Virus record (IMG/VR): IMGVR_UViG_3300049016_000019
Location: 238 to 64,237 of that record
DNA length: 64,000 nucleotides
Strand: one strand, 5' to 3'
DNA from: a virus
The notes beneath the pieces are model-generated. The model searched no databases. It had not been told where the DNA came from and was given only the letters and a program-made list of their open reading frames with translations. Position 1 is the first letter of the stretch. Each line of letters begins with the position of its first letter. A program made the position numbers and the translations under genes. This document shows, in pieces, positions 55,656 to 64,000 of the stretch.

Positions 55656-55686
55656 GCCGCCGATAGCCCAAGTCGCCATCGGCGGC
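55656..55686. terminator. Intergenic hairpin
   Basis: GCCGCCGAT / ATCGGCGGC inverted repeat. Confidence 0.45.
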
Positions 55687-55699
55687 CCATCGTTCACGA

Positions 55700-56113
55700 T
55701 CAGCCAGCGGGCATCGTGAAGGTGCCGGACGTGATCGAGACGTTCACGCCCACAGAGATGGTCGTGGTGTTCAGTTCCAGCTCAGCGCCGGAGCCAGTAG
55801 CACCAACCGCGCCGTCAAAGACCTTTGCTGGTGTGCCGCCGGACTCCACCCGGAACCAGCCAGCCGTGCCCGCATTCGTGCCGGTCGTGGACAGCGGGAC
55901 GCCAAGGAGCGTTGCCGTACCAGCGGACGACGCGCCAAACGCCGTAGCGGGAAGCGTAAAAGTGGCCAGGATGGTACCAGAGGCGGAATCGTCTGCCGTT
56001 GCAGGCTGCGAACCGGTGTAGATCTTCAGCGTTCCAGCGCCGCCCACGTCGATAAGGTCCACCGCCGCGTTGGTCATCGCGTTACGCGTAGCGGTAGGAA
56101 GTCGAACTGCCAT
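55700..56113 (-). CDS. Small virion connector protein
   Basis: TRNA...GTLKIYTG.QP..ILATF..GTAGWFR..DG.VG..L.LN..I..G..V.I conserved structural pattern. Confidence 0.65.
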   Translation of the reverse strand: MAVRLPTATRNAMTNAAVDLIDVGGAGTLKIYTGSQPATADDSASGTILATFTLPATAFGASSAGTATLLGVPLSTTGTNAGTAGWFRVESGGTPAKVFDGAVGATGSGAELELNTTTISVGVNVSITSGTFTMPAG

Positions 56114-56125
56114 GATGATCCTTTC

Positions 56126-56407
56126 TTACCGTTCCGTGACACGAATGGTGATTGACCGTTCGTCGGTGCGGTTCTGATTTGTGGTAACTCGTGCAGATAC
56201 GCGGTAGATCTGTCCGTCAGTTCCGCCAGACAGCCACGCGGTCACGCTTGTCAGGCTGTGCGTTGAGCTGTCGAGGACGATGCCAGCCGATACCGTCACT
56301 AGGGATGTTGCGATCGTTTCCCCCGAGGCCAGCCACTCTGACCAGTCCCATTTCCAGTCGAGTACAGCGTCGGGGTCCTTCACCCAGTCCGTTACGAGTC
56401 TGGCCAT
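56126..56407 (-). CDS. Fibre-tail adaptor-like protein, copy 2
   Basis: KDPDAVLDW.WDW..WL..ETI..WLSGG..G..Y..RVTT...RT.ER. Confidence 0.7.
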   Translation of the reverse strand: MARLVTDWVKDPDAVLDWKWDWSEWLASGETIATSLVTVSAGIVLDSSTHSLTSVTAWLSGGTDGQIYRVSARVTTNQNRTDERSITIRVTER

Positions 56408-56408
56408 G

Positions 56409-56684
56409 TCACCTCTCCGCTACCTTGACCGTTATGGTGCGCTCTTCCGTTCGTGCGGCCGACGTAGTGACGCGGTTCCGAACTCTGTACGCCTGACCTG
56501 CCGTTCCCCCGGAAAGCCAAATCGTCACCACCGACGTGGTGTTGGACTGACTATCCAGGGTGATGCCGGAGTCCACGAACATTTGCGAAGTTGCGATCGT
56601 CTCCCCGACGTTAAGCCATGAGGTCCAATCGAACTGGTAGTCCAGGACGGCGTTGTCGTCTTTCATGAACACGAACCTAGCCAT
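56409..56684 (-). CDS. Fibre-tail adaptor-like protein, copy 1
   Basis: KDDNAVLDYQFDW..WL..ETI..WLSGG.AG..Y..RVTT..RTEER. Confidence 0.7.
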   Translation of the reverse strand: MARFVFMKDDNAVLDYQFDWTSWLNVGETIATSQMFVDSGITLDSQSNTTSVVTIWLSGGTAGQAYRVRNRVTTSAARTEERTITVKVAER

Positions 56685-59600
56685 CCTGATCCTCTCTGAT
56701 TACGCGGTCCTCGGGATCGATGTTGGCGACCCTATCTTCGGCGACCACGACCGCCCGTTCCGCCCGACCCGGTATGACGATGATCCGACCCTCGGGCGTC
56801 GATCTCATGAACACCATGACTTCCGGGAACATGGCCGCGAGCGGGCCACCCTTCAACCCTTCAGTGAGCGACGCGTCCGGCACGGGGGCCGTCATTGCCA
56901 GGACCGCTACGCGCAACAGCTCCGCGTCCAGGGTGGCGGCGCTCACGGCACCCGTTCCCGCGTTCGCGGCCAGGGTGGCAGTACCCTCGTCCGCCGTACC
57001 TATCACCGTACACGTCTCCGCGTCGATGATCAGGCTTGCCGAGCCATCCGTAACCGACGCCCCCGCCATGGCGATGCCCGCGTTGACCACGACCGCCGAG
57101 CTAGCATCGCTAGCCCCTGCCAGCACCTGCGCCTGTCCGGCGGGAGCGTTCGCCTCCGCCGCCGTGCTAGCGGTCGCATCGCCCGCTGTCGCCGTCGCTT
57201 GCGCCACTCCGGCGTTTGCGACTACGGCGTTCGACGCGTCGGAGGCCGTCACCGTTACATCAGCGGCACCGGCCTGAGCGCTCACGTCCGAGGTCGTATT
57301 GACCGTGGCCGCGTTGGCTACTACGGACCCGCTAGGCGCCCCGGCGTTCGCGGTAACCGCAGAGGCACCATCGCTCACGCTCGCTGCGCCCGTGGGGCTC
57401 TCGACGCTCGCAGCCAACGACCCCTGGCCAGGGAGTGCGGACGCGGTGCCGGTCGCACTGACAGCGCCAGCGCTTATCGACCCCTGAGCGTCGCTCGCCG
57501 ATCCGTTCGCTACCGCCGTACCGGCATTAACGATCACGGATGCAGTCGGATCGCTTGCCCCGGCCGTAGCCGATGCGCTCTCTGCGTTCGCGTTCGTCTG
57601 AGCAGACGTGTTGGCAGTTGCGTCGTTAGCTACTACGGACCCGTTAGACGCCCCGCTGTTAGCGGCGAGGGACGCGGTCCCGTCGTTCGCTAGCGCCGAA
57701 GCGTCCGCAGTTCCCGCGTTCGCGTCCGTCTGGGCCACCGTGCTTGCCGTAGCGTCGTGCGCTACCGCCGAGCTGCTGGGCGATCCGCTGTTCACGGTTA
57801 GTGCCGCCGCGCCGTCATCAGCACTAGCGGTTGCAGTCGCCTGCCCCGTGTTCGCCGCTGACGCCGCTGCCGCATCGCCCGCCTGAGCCGATGCCGTGCC
57901 GCTGCCCGCGCTCGCAGTGACTGTCGATGCGGCGTCCGAGGGCACCGCTACGGCTGCCACTGTATCGGCGTTGACTGCGACTGTCGCCGCCGCATCCTGC
58001 GCTATGACTGTCGCCGTTGCGCTTTCCGCGTTCGCGTTCGTCTGGGCTGCCGTAGTTACCGTGGCGTCGTTCGCTGTAGCCGAACCGGTAGACGCCTCGC
58101 TGGCCGCGCCGAGAGATCCGATACCCTCGTCCGCCGTAGCGGTTGCAGCCGCCTGTCCCGCCGTGGACACGATCGCTTCCGACGCGTCCGCAGGCAAGGC
58201 CGTCACTACCGCGCTACCAGAAAGAGCGCCCACGGCCGCCGTAACAGCGCCCGCGCTTGCCGTTGCCGATGCGCTGTCCGCCGTGACACTCGACGCCCCA
58301 GCGGGGTTGTCCAGCACTGCGGACGATATAGCAGACCCCGCATTAGTCGCCAGCGCTGCTGCTGCGCTATCCGCTGTCGCCGCTGCCGAGATCGCTTCTG
58401 CGTTCGATCCAAGACTCGCAACCGCGTTATTGGTGGTCGCGGTCGCGGATGCGGTTTCAGCGTTAACCGTTACGGCCGTCGATGCGGTATCCGCCGAACC
58501 GGTGACCGTGACTGCGCCCGCGTTTGCGCTCGTCCCCGATCCGCCAGTGGGGAACAGTGCGATCGTACGACTGACCGTGTTCGTTGGAGTATCGGAACAG
58601 TCGATCGATGCGCCCGTGATACTGCCCGACGCGGTATGGCCGCTCTCCTCGTAGAGCGCCTGACTGTACGACACCGTGTTCGCTGTGCCGAAATCCAGTC
58701 GCTCCGTACCCTTGTCCGCCGCATAGGTCGGGTTGGACGCCGACGCCACGCGAGCCTGTCGCGTATGGATGATCTTTGCAGCCACCGAGGTAACAAGCGT
58801 AGGACCAGTAACAGGGTCACCGCTCGTTGCTGAAGAAACCTCAAAATCGAGCGGGGTCGTCCCATCAACGTTCCGCCAGACCGATATAGCCGCACCGATA
58901 ATCGTTGCGGTCCCTACCGAAAAATCGTAACTCGACGCTTCCGACGCGCCCGCGATTCTGTAGTACAGGTGCGAACGCATCGCCCCGCTAAGGGTGTTGT
59001 CTACCAGCGTCCAGCCGGTAGCGGTCAGCGTCTGATCGTTAGTGTGAATCGTCGCCAGCATCAGATCGCCCTCGGCGGTCCCTGCTGGCTTGTTCACCGT
59101 GGCGGTCGTTTGGTTGATCGTCGTTCCGCCGAAGTGTTCCTCGCCGATGAACGAGACGTCTGACGTAAGAACCGTTGCATCATTCGCCGTGGCCGAAGCC
59201 GCAGGCTGTCCAGAAGCCCCGTAAATGGCCCCAGTTGGGGCGGGGCGCAGAACCGCACTCCATGCCACCTTGTCGGCGGAGCTAGCCCCCGTACCGGTGA
59301 ACGTGACGTCGCCTACCGGTACGGGCGCATTGCTGTGCGTGCCAGACAAGTTGACATACGTGCTGCCGGAAATGGACGACGAGATGTCCGCATTTTCACG
59401 TATATTGCCAGCCGACGTAGTAATGCCCCAGGTGGCTCCATTGCTTGCAGACACAGCCCCGAACGCGCTGATCGCCCAACCGAGGTCATCCGTATTCGTA
59501 ATCGCGGTCGTTGTCAGCGTCGTATCGGTAGCGGTCTCAGAGTCCATCTGCGTATCGATGAACGGGTTGGTGATATCGATACCAACAAACGACCGTGTCA

Positions 59601-61308
59601 ACGCTGCCCAGTTGGTACTAGCACCCAGGGCGACCGTAGCGCTCGTGCCGGTCCCCTGTGACACCTTCCAATAGACATGATGACTACACGCGCCATCCGT
59701 CTGTGTGTTCGCCAACGTCCAGCCATCGGGAGTCGTTGGCGTCGTAGCCGCGCCCGTTACTAGGCTCATCACCATGAGCTTGCCGGGGTCCAACCCGGGA
59801 GGCATGTCAACGACCGCCGTTGAGCTATCTGATGCCGAAACCGTGGTTTTCTGCTGATCGAACGCGACACCGATCGCCGGGCGCAGGGTGCCCCACCATG
59901 CGACCTTCTCGGCACTCGTAGCCCCAGCGGTTCCCGCCGCGAACATAGCCGCGTCACTGATCGGAACGTTACCGCCGTTGGAGTCATACCAAGCGATACT
60001 GGCTTTCGTGGTTCCCGATGACTGAACGTCAGTCACTTCAGTGAACTCGAACTGAATCGGAAACGTCGATCGAATGCCTGCCGATGTCCATGCAGGACTA
60101 GCGAGTCGGGACCCCCATGCCGATATCGCCCAGCCGTCCTCATAGACGTTGATGATCGAGCCGCCGGTGTTGAGCAACGCATCCGCGCCGGTGTCGGCCG
60201 TAGACCGGAAACTCTGGAACGGAACACTGTTCGCCGTGCTCGTATCACTAAGATCTTGGTAGTAAACGCCGGTATACGCTACCGCCGACGCCGCCCAGTC
60301 GGTAGACACGTTGATGGATATGGTTACCGTGCTCGCGTCGCCGGTCTGCTTGAAGCGCGCGAAAAGGCTCTGCTCATAAGCCCCGGCGAGCTGCTGTCCG
60401 TCAGAGTTGCTGATCCTACGCCAGCCGGACGGGGTCGAGGGTGTCGCCGTGCTGTTCGTACCGAGCGCCACAATCTGCAACGCGCCTACCGGCGTGCTGG
60501 CAACGAGGTCAACTACCGCCGATGTTCCGGCTGTTGTCGAAACGGTCGTCTGTGATCCGAACCGCTGAATCACGGTGGGCGCGGAGCGAATCCGCAGCAT
60601 GACGCTGACGCCACGCACGTTGGTCGTCGTGCCGCCCGCCGTTGCGGTGAAGACCGGCGCGGCAGTTGACGTTCCGGATGACACTGTCGTGCGGGCAACC
60701 ATGCCCGCGCAGTCTGTACCTTGACTAGTGTAGGGCTCAGAAAGCTCAGTCATAGCAGCAAACGTCGCGCCGGTTGCACTTATTGCCTGGCTTGAAAACT
60801 GACCGCCGGTAGCAGTGTCAGTTGGCGTAGAACAGCCCACCAATACATGGTCGTTCGTCGTGAAACCGGGATCAGAGGAGCCAGTCACAGACCACGATGT
60901 TCCGGTCGTGCTATCTGTCCCACTCGTGGCATTGAGCTGCCATTTAATGCCTGCGGTGCTCTCGTGGTAATAAAAAACCTGACCCCATGACGATGCACCA
61001 GATGTGATGGACACCGATACCGAAGTCTCATTGCCGTTAGCTATGCGATAAAACATCGCGCAGCGGGTAGGTCCAGCGTCAGTACCTACCGTGCCCCCAC
61101 CACCGCTAAGATTGCCAGCGCCCGGAACAGGCAGCCAGTCGGTCGGAGTATTGATTGTCGCTGTATCGGGCTTAGTTCCAACTATCAGGATAAGGAGATC
61201 GCCCTGCACTACCGCGCCGGGGATATCTGGAGCGAGGGTCGTAGTACCCGTAAAGTTCGCCGTGGCAAGGGTCGGCGTAGTGCCCTGCCCGCCGAAAGTG
61301 ATAGCCAT
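56677..61308 (-). CDS. Giant fibre-like virion protein C (1543 aa) with Ala-rich stalk
   Basis: Four N-terminal beta modules, about 600 aa of NA(G/E)xAxA..D repeats, C-terminal AEDRV..PEDRV. Confidence 0.75.
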   Translation of the reverse strand: MAITFGGQGTTPTLATANFTGTTTLAPDIPGAVVQGDLLILIVGTKPDTATINTPTDWLPVPGAGNLSGGGGTVGTDAGPTRCAMFYRIANGNETSVSVSITSGASSWGQVFYYHESTAGIKWQLNATSGTDSTTGTSWSVTGSSDPGFTTNDHVLVGCSTPTDTATGGQFSSQAISATGATFAAMTELSEPYTSQGTDCAGMVARTTVSSGTSTAAPVFTATAGGTTTNVRGVSVMLRIRSAPTVIQRFGSQTTVSTTAGTSAVVDLVASTPVGALQIVALGTNSTATPSTPSGWRRISNSDGQQLAGAYEQSLFARFKQTGDASTVTISINVSTDWAASAVAYTGVYYQDLSDTSTANSVPFQSFRSTADTGADALLNTGGSIINVYEDGWAISAWGSRLASPAWTSAGIRSTFPIQFEFTEVTDVQSSGTTKASIAWYDSNGGNVPISDAAMFAAGTAGATSAEKVAWWGTLRPAIGVAFDQQKTTVSASDSSTAVVDMPPGLDPGKLMVMSLVTGAATTPTTPDGWTLANTQTDGACSHHVYWKVSQGTGTSATVALGASTNWAALTRSFVGIDITNPFIDTQMDSETATDTTLTTTAITNTDDLGWAISAFGAVSASNGATWGITTSAGNIRENADISSSISGSTYVNLSGTHSNAPVPVGDVTFTGTGASSADKVAWSAVLRPAPTGAIYGASGQPAASATANDATVLTSDVSFIGEEHFGGTTINQTTATVNKPAGTAEGDLMLATIHTNDQTLTATGWTLVDNTLSGAMRSHLYYRIAGASEASSYDFSVGTATIIGAAISVWRNVDGTTPLDFEVSSATSGDPVTGPTLVTSVAAKIIHTRQARVASASNPTYAADKGTERLDFGTANTVSYSQALYEESGHTASGSITGASIDCSDTPTNTVSRTIALFPTGGSGTSANAGAVTVTGSADTASTAVTVNAETASATATTNNAVASLGSNAEAISAAATADSAAAALATNAGSAISSAVLDNPAGASSVTADSASATASAGAVTAAVGALSGSAVVTALPADASEAIVSTAGQAAATATADEGIGSLGAASEASTGSATANDATVTTAAQTNANAESATATVIAQDAAATVAVNADTVAAVAVPSDAASTVTASAGSGTASAQAGDAAAASAANTGQATATASADDGAAALTVNSGSPSSSAVAHDATASTVAQTDANAGTADASALANDGTASLAANSGASNGSVVANDATANTSAQTNANAESASATAGASDPTASVIVNAGTAVANGSASDAQGSISAGAVSATGTASALPGQGSLAASVESPTGAASVSDGASAVTANAGAPSGSVVANAATVNTTSDVSAQAGAADVTVTASDASNAVVANAGVAQATATAGDATASTAAEANAPAGQAQVLAGASDASSAVVVNAGIAMAGASVTDGSASLIIDAETCTVIGTADEGTATLAANAGTGAVSAATLDAELLRVAVLAMTAPVPDASLTEGLKGGPLAAMFPEVMVFMRSTPEGRIIVIPGRAERAVVVAEDRVANIDPEDRVIREDQDG

Positions 61309-61337
61309 GAGCGCCCATCACCTCCGGCCTGGGAATT

Positions 61338-61757
61338 CTATAGTGGCACCGCGTCGATCACCAGGCGACTCAGCTCGCGTTCGTCCTGATCCACGATCTC
61401 GTCATTCCAGGTTAGATTATCCTCGCTATCCACGAACCATAGCAACCGATAACGCAACGCGTCACCAAGATCCCCGCCCGCCTCTTCTCCCGTATGATAC
61501 ACCGTCACCGTAGGCGGCCCCGATGGTTCAGCGGCGGAATCTCCGTCTGTCCAGAAGCGAAATCTCCACTTCTGCCCCTCCGGAGGGGTGCGGGGAAAGA
61601 AACCAATTCCCAAACCCCAAACATGCTGACGAACATGCTTCGGGTAACCCATCGCCAATACGGGTTTCTCGTCCTGGCTGATCATGCCGGAAACTCCCCA
61701 GCGCGCTACGGGTACCCCATGATCCGATATGATTTCCTCGTTACCGAAATTCATCAA
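61338..61757 (-). CDS. Hypothetical protein
   Basis: ORF with RBS inside the fibre block. Confidence 0.5.
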   Translation of the reverse strand: MMNFGNEEIISDHGVPVARWGVSGMISQDEKPVLAMGYPKHVRQHVWGLGIGFFPRTPPEGQKWRFRFWTDGDSAAEPSGPPTVTVYHTGEEAGGDLGDALRYRLLWFVDSEDNLTWNDEIVDQDERELSRLVIDAVPL

Positions 61758-61766
61758 ACACCCCCC

Positions 61767-62267
61767 TCAGACAGTGATACGGAAGATCCCGTTAGCATGC
61801 CAGATTATCGTGAACGTGCCAGCGGTCACCGACTGGGCGCCCCCGAAAAAGTTGTAACACACGCCCTGGTCGGCGATGCCGCCCGTACCCGCCGTGATCG
61901 TGTCATCGTAAACCAGACACCCCATCACGCCGGACAGCGTCACGGTGCCGCCCGGCGCTACGTCAGCCGCATCGAACATGAACACGCCCGTTGACGGGGT
62001 CGTGAGCGTCTTCGTGCCCAGAGCTACGCCGCCCGCCACCCAGGGAGAGCTAGTAAGCTCGTTGGCCGTCGCCCAGGCCCCGGTGTTGTATCCGGTGGAC
62101 GTAAGGGCCGCGTCCTTGTCCGGGGTTCCTGTGTTGTTGTACAGCGCCGCCTTGACCGAATCTGCGGCCAGTCCTGCGTAGGCGGCCGGGAGAACGGCCG
62201 ACGTTTGGCCATGGCCCATAACGGACTTGGGCCACTCGCGGAACATTGCGCTTGCTGTGAATGCCAT
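61767..62267 (-). CDS. Virion structural protein (fibre-module connector family)
   Basis: DSVKAAL..AGG..L..FDAAD..LVYDDT..FGG..T.GTFTI.W..GIF. Confidence 0.7.
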   Translation of the reverse strand: MAFTASAMFREWPKSVMGHGQTSAVLPAAYAGLAADSVKAALYNNTGTPDKDAALTSTGYNTGAWATANELTSSPWVAGGVALGTKTLTTPSTGVFMFDAADVAPGGTVTLSGVMGCLVYDDTITAGTGGIADQGVCYNFFGGAQSVTAGTFTIIWHANGIFRITV

Positions 62268-62270
62268 GAC

Positions 62271-62597
62271 TCAAAACCTCATTTCCACGTTGGCGCAACC
62301 GGCAAAAGCCGCTACGTCGTTGCTTCCGTCCGCGCGAGTTGTCTCAACGCGCATGATCGGGCGACCCTCGCCATCGGTGGTGACGGTCTCTTTTCCGATA
62401 TAGTCTTCGCGCTCAACGGCCTCGACCTTACAGTCTGTTCCGGCGGGCACGAACGGCGCCGAAAGCCCCTTGAGGCCCCGGCAGTTGTGGAAGCGCGTAT
62501 GCGGCTGCGCTTCGTGCGTCACGTCCGTAGCAGTGCAGTTGGGGCACTCCCACCGCTGCTCAGGGTTCAGGATGGGGAGGTCATCCGGGAATGCCAT
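62271..62597 (-). CDS. Conserved Zn-binding phage protein of the fibre module
   Basis: WECPNC..HTRFHNC.GL.GLSAP..EREDY.G.E..GRPIM.V.T.R.DG. Confidence 0.65.
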   Translation of the reverse strand: MAFPDDLPILNPEQRWECPNCTATDVTHEAQPHTRFHNCRGLKGLSAPFVPAGTDCKVEAVEREDYIGKETVTTDGEGRPIMRVETTRADGSNDVAAFAGCANVEMRF

Positions 62598-62601
62598 ATC
62601 G

Positions 62602-63999
62602 TCACTTCCTGTCCGCTTGTAGATATGCGCCGATCTGAGTTGTGCAATCCGTCCCGGCCCGCAGCAGGCTAACACTCAACGTCCCGGCGGTAGTTACCAC
62701 ACAAGAGCCCTGAACGCGAACAATACGCACGTTCGCGATCCCGCTGTTCGTTGTCTGTGTGAACGACGACAGCACCGTACTATACGTGTCCGTGTCAGCG
62801 GCAGCCCCAATGATCTCGACAGAATACGCCAGACTGGAAGTCGTCGGTGGACCGGTCGGCGAGACGATAGCTGTCACGTTGGTATTTGTTCCCAGGCAGG
62901 GAATCCAAGCCTCAAAACGCCAACGCCCCACCGGAAGCGTCATCGTGAGCCCTGCGACCGCCGTATTAGACGTACCTATCGTCGTCGTTGCCGTCGCCTC
63001 GCGGTAGATCGACTTCCCGATCTCCGCCGAAGCTAGCATGTTTACGTCGGCGGTAGTACCGCTACCGACAAAGTCGTTGTCAAGTAGCGTGGTATTCGTT
63101 CCAGTTGACTGATGCAGACCGTGGGCAGGTTCGTTGCCAGACCCCCAGAGGCGGCAGACGTTGTCGCTGATCGTGACCTCGTCCGGCGACGTGTCCAGCT
63201 TGATGCACGAACTCGCCCCAGCAGAAGCCCTCGACGCACCCTTGATGTAGTTGCTCATGATCCGGATGCGATCTCCGCCCACCACGTACAGGCCGTGCAG
63301 GTCTGAGAGCTGAATGATATTACCGATCGCGATCGTGTCGGCGCACTCATAAATCTGCATCCCGTAACGGCCTGAAGTGGCAACTGAGTTGTTCGCCAGG
63401 ATCGCCTTGTCGCAGTACTGGGCACGAATGCCGCCAGATAGCGAACTAGCCACCACATTACCGGAGATGGTCGCACCGATTACTCGTCCCGTATCCTCGC
63501 CGAATACCCGGATCGCAAAGTCGTTCGTCAAATCTGAACCGCTGGAATCGTGAGTGATCGTATTGTCTGCAACCACGACATTGACGATGTTCTGCGACGC
63601 GCTAGTCTGCGTTCCGTTGACATCTTTCGTGTCTTCGGTGTTGCCCGTCCAGATGGGGCGAATCTCGATGCCATTACCTGACGCGATGTTATTTCCGCTA
63701 ACGACAGCGTTGTTCCAGTTGTAGCCGCGCACCGCGCGGTACCCAACCTCAAAGAAGTTACCCTGCACACGGATATTATCGTGCCAGCGACCAATCGTTC
63801 CAGAGTGCGACCCAGTGCCACGGCCCCACTTCTGCGTACCGATTGACCCAGAAGGCCCGACCGTGCAGTTGCGGATCGTTACATCCTTGCAGGTCGTATG
63901 ATCATGCGGCCCGAACGCAGCGAAGTACGCTGCGCCCTTGGTCATGTCCAACTGGATGGCTTCAGAATCATCTCGGCCGGTAACGAAAGCGGCCCCGAG
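62602..63999 (-). CDS. Right-handed beta-helix (pectate-lyase-like) depolymerase/spike, 5'-truncated
   Basis: Frame open to the window edge (..DSEAIQLDMTK); repeated xxNxI..GI.. beta-helix rungs. Confidence 0.8.
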   Translation of the reverse strand, partial: LGAAFVTGRDDSEAIQLDMTKGAAYFAAFGPHDHTTCKDVTIRNCTVGPSGSIGTQKWGRGTGSHSGTIGRWHDNIRVQGNFFEVGYRAVRGYNWNNAVVSGNNIASGNGIEIRPIWTGNTEDTKDVNGTQTSASQNIVNVVVADNTITHDSSGSDLTNDFAIRVFGEDTGRVIGATISGNVVASSLSGGIRAQYCDKAILANNSVATSGRYGMQIYECADTIAIGNIIQLSDLHGLYVVGGDRIRIMSNYIKGASRASAGASSCIKLDTSPDEVTISDNVCRLWGSGNEPAHGLHQSTGTNTTLLDNDFVGSGTTADVNMLASAEIGKSIYREATATTTIGTSNTAVAGLTMTLPVGRWRFEAWIPCLGTNTNVTAIVSPTGPPTTSSLAYSVEIIGAAADTDTYSTVLSSFTQTTNSGIANVRIVRVQGSCVVTTAGTLSVSLLRAGTDCTTQIGAYLQADRK

Positions 64000-64000
64000 G

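Overview
One continuous ~64 kb stretch of a GC-rich actinobacteriophage genome with siphovirus architecture. The host is most likely Streptomyces or a related filamentous actinomycete, inferred from BldC-, WhiB-, DivIVA-, Rpf- and LAXTG-like genes. Nearly all genes are on the minus strand. Read in transcription order (64000 to 1): a truncated beta-helix depolymerase; an accessory fibre/adaptor block (51.4-62.6 kb) placed upstream of the terminase; terS, terL, portal, fused protease-capsid, head/neck/tail genes with a -1 frameshifted chaperone, tape measure with SLT domain, minor tail proteins; an unusual lysis-region cassette (five-domain secreted Rpf protein, DivIVA homolog, small ORF, CHAP endolysin, holin); a plus-strand XRE repressor plus membrane gene; a control region; about 60 early/replication genes (Cas4-like exonuclease, EndoVII, LuxR-like, BldC-like, prim-pol, metallophosphoesterase, dCMP deaminase, SNase, HicA-like, WhiB, AAA helicase with adjacent iteron-like origin); a tRNA(CAT), HNH, an excalibur-LAXTG surface protein and an AT-rich repeat tract at the left edge. 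No integrase, DNA polymerase, reverse transcriptase or CRISPR array was seen. The best candidate for an undescribed system is the Rpf + DivIVA cassette, together with host-like developmental regulators, suggesting phage manipulation of spore germination and hyphal tip growth. All family assignments are by motif recognition from memory, not database searches.
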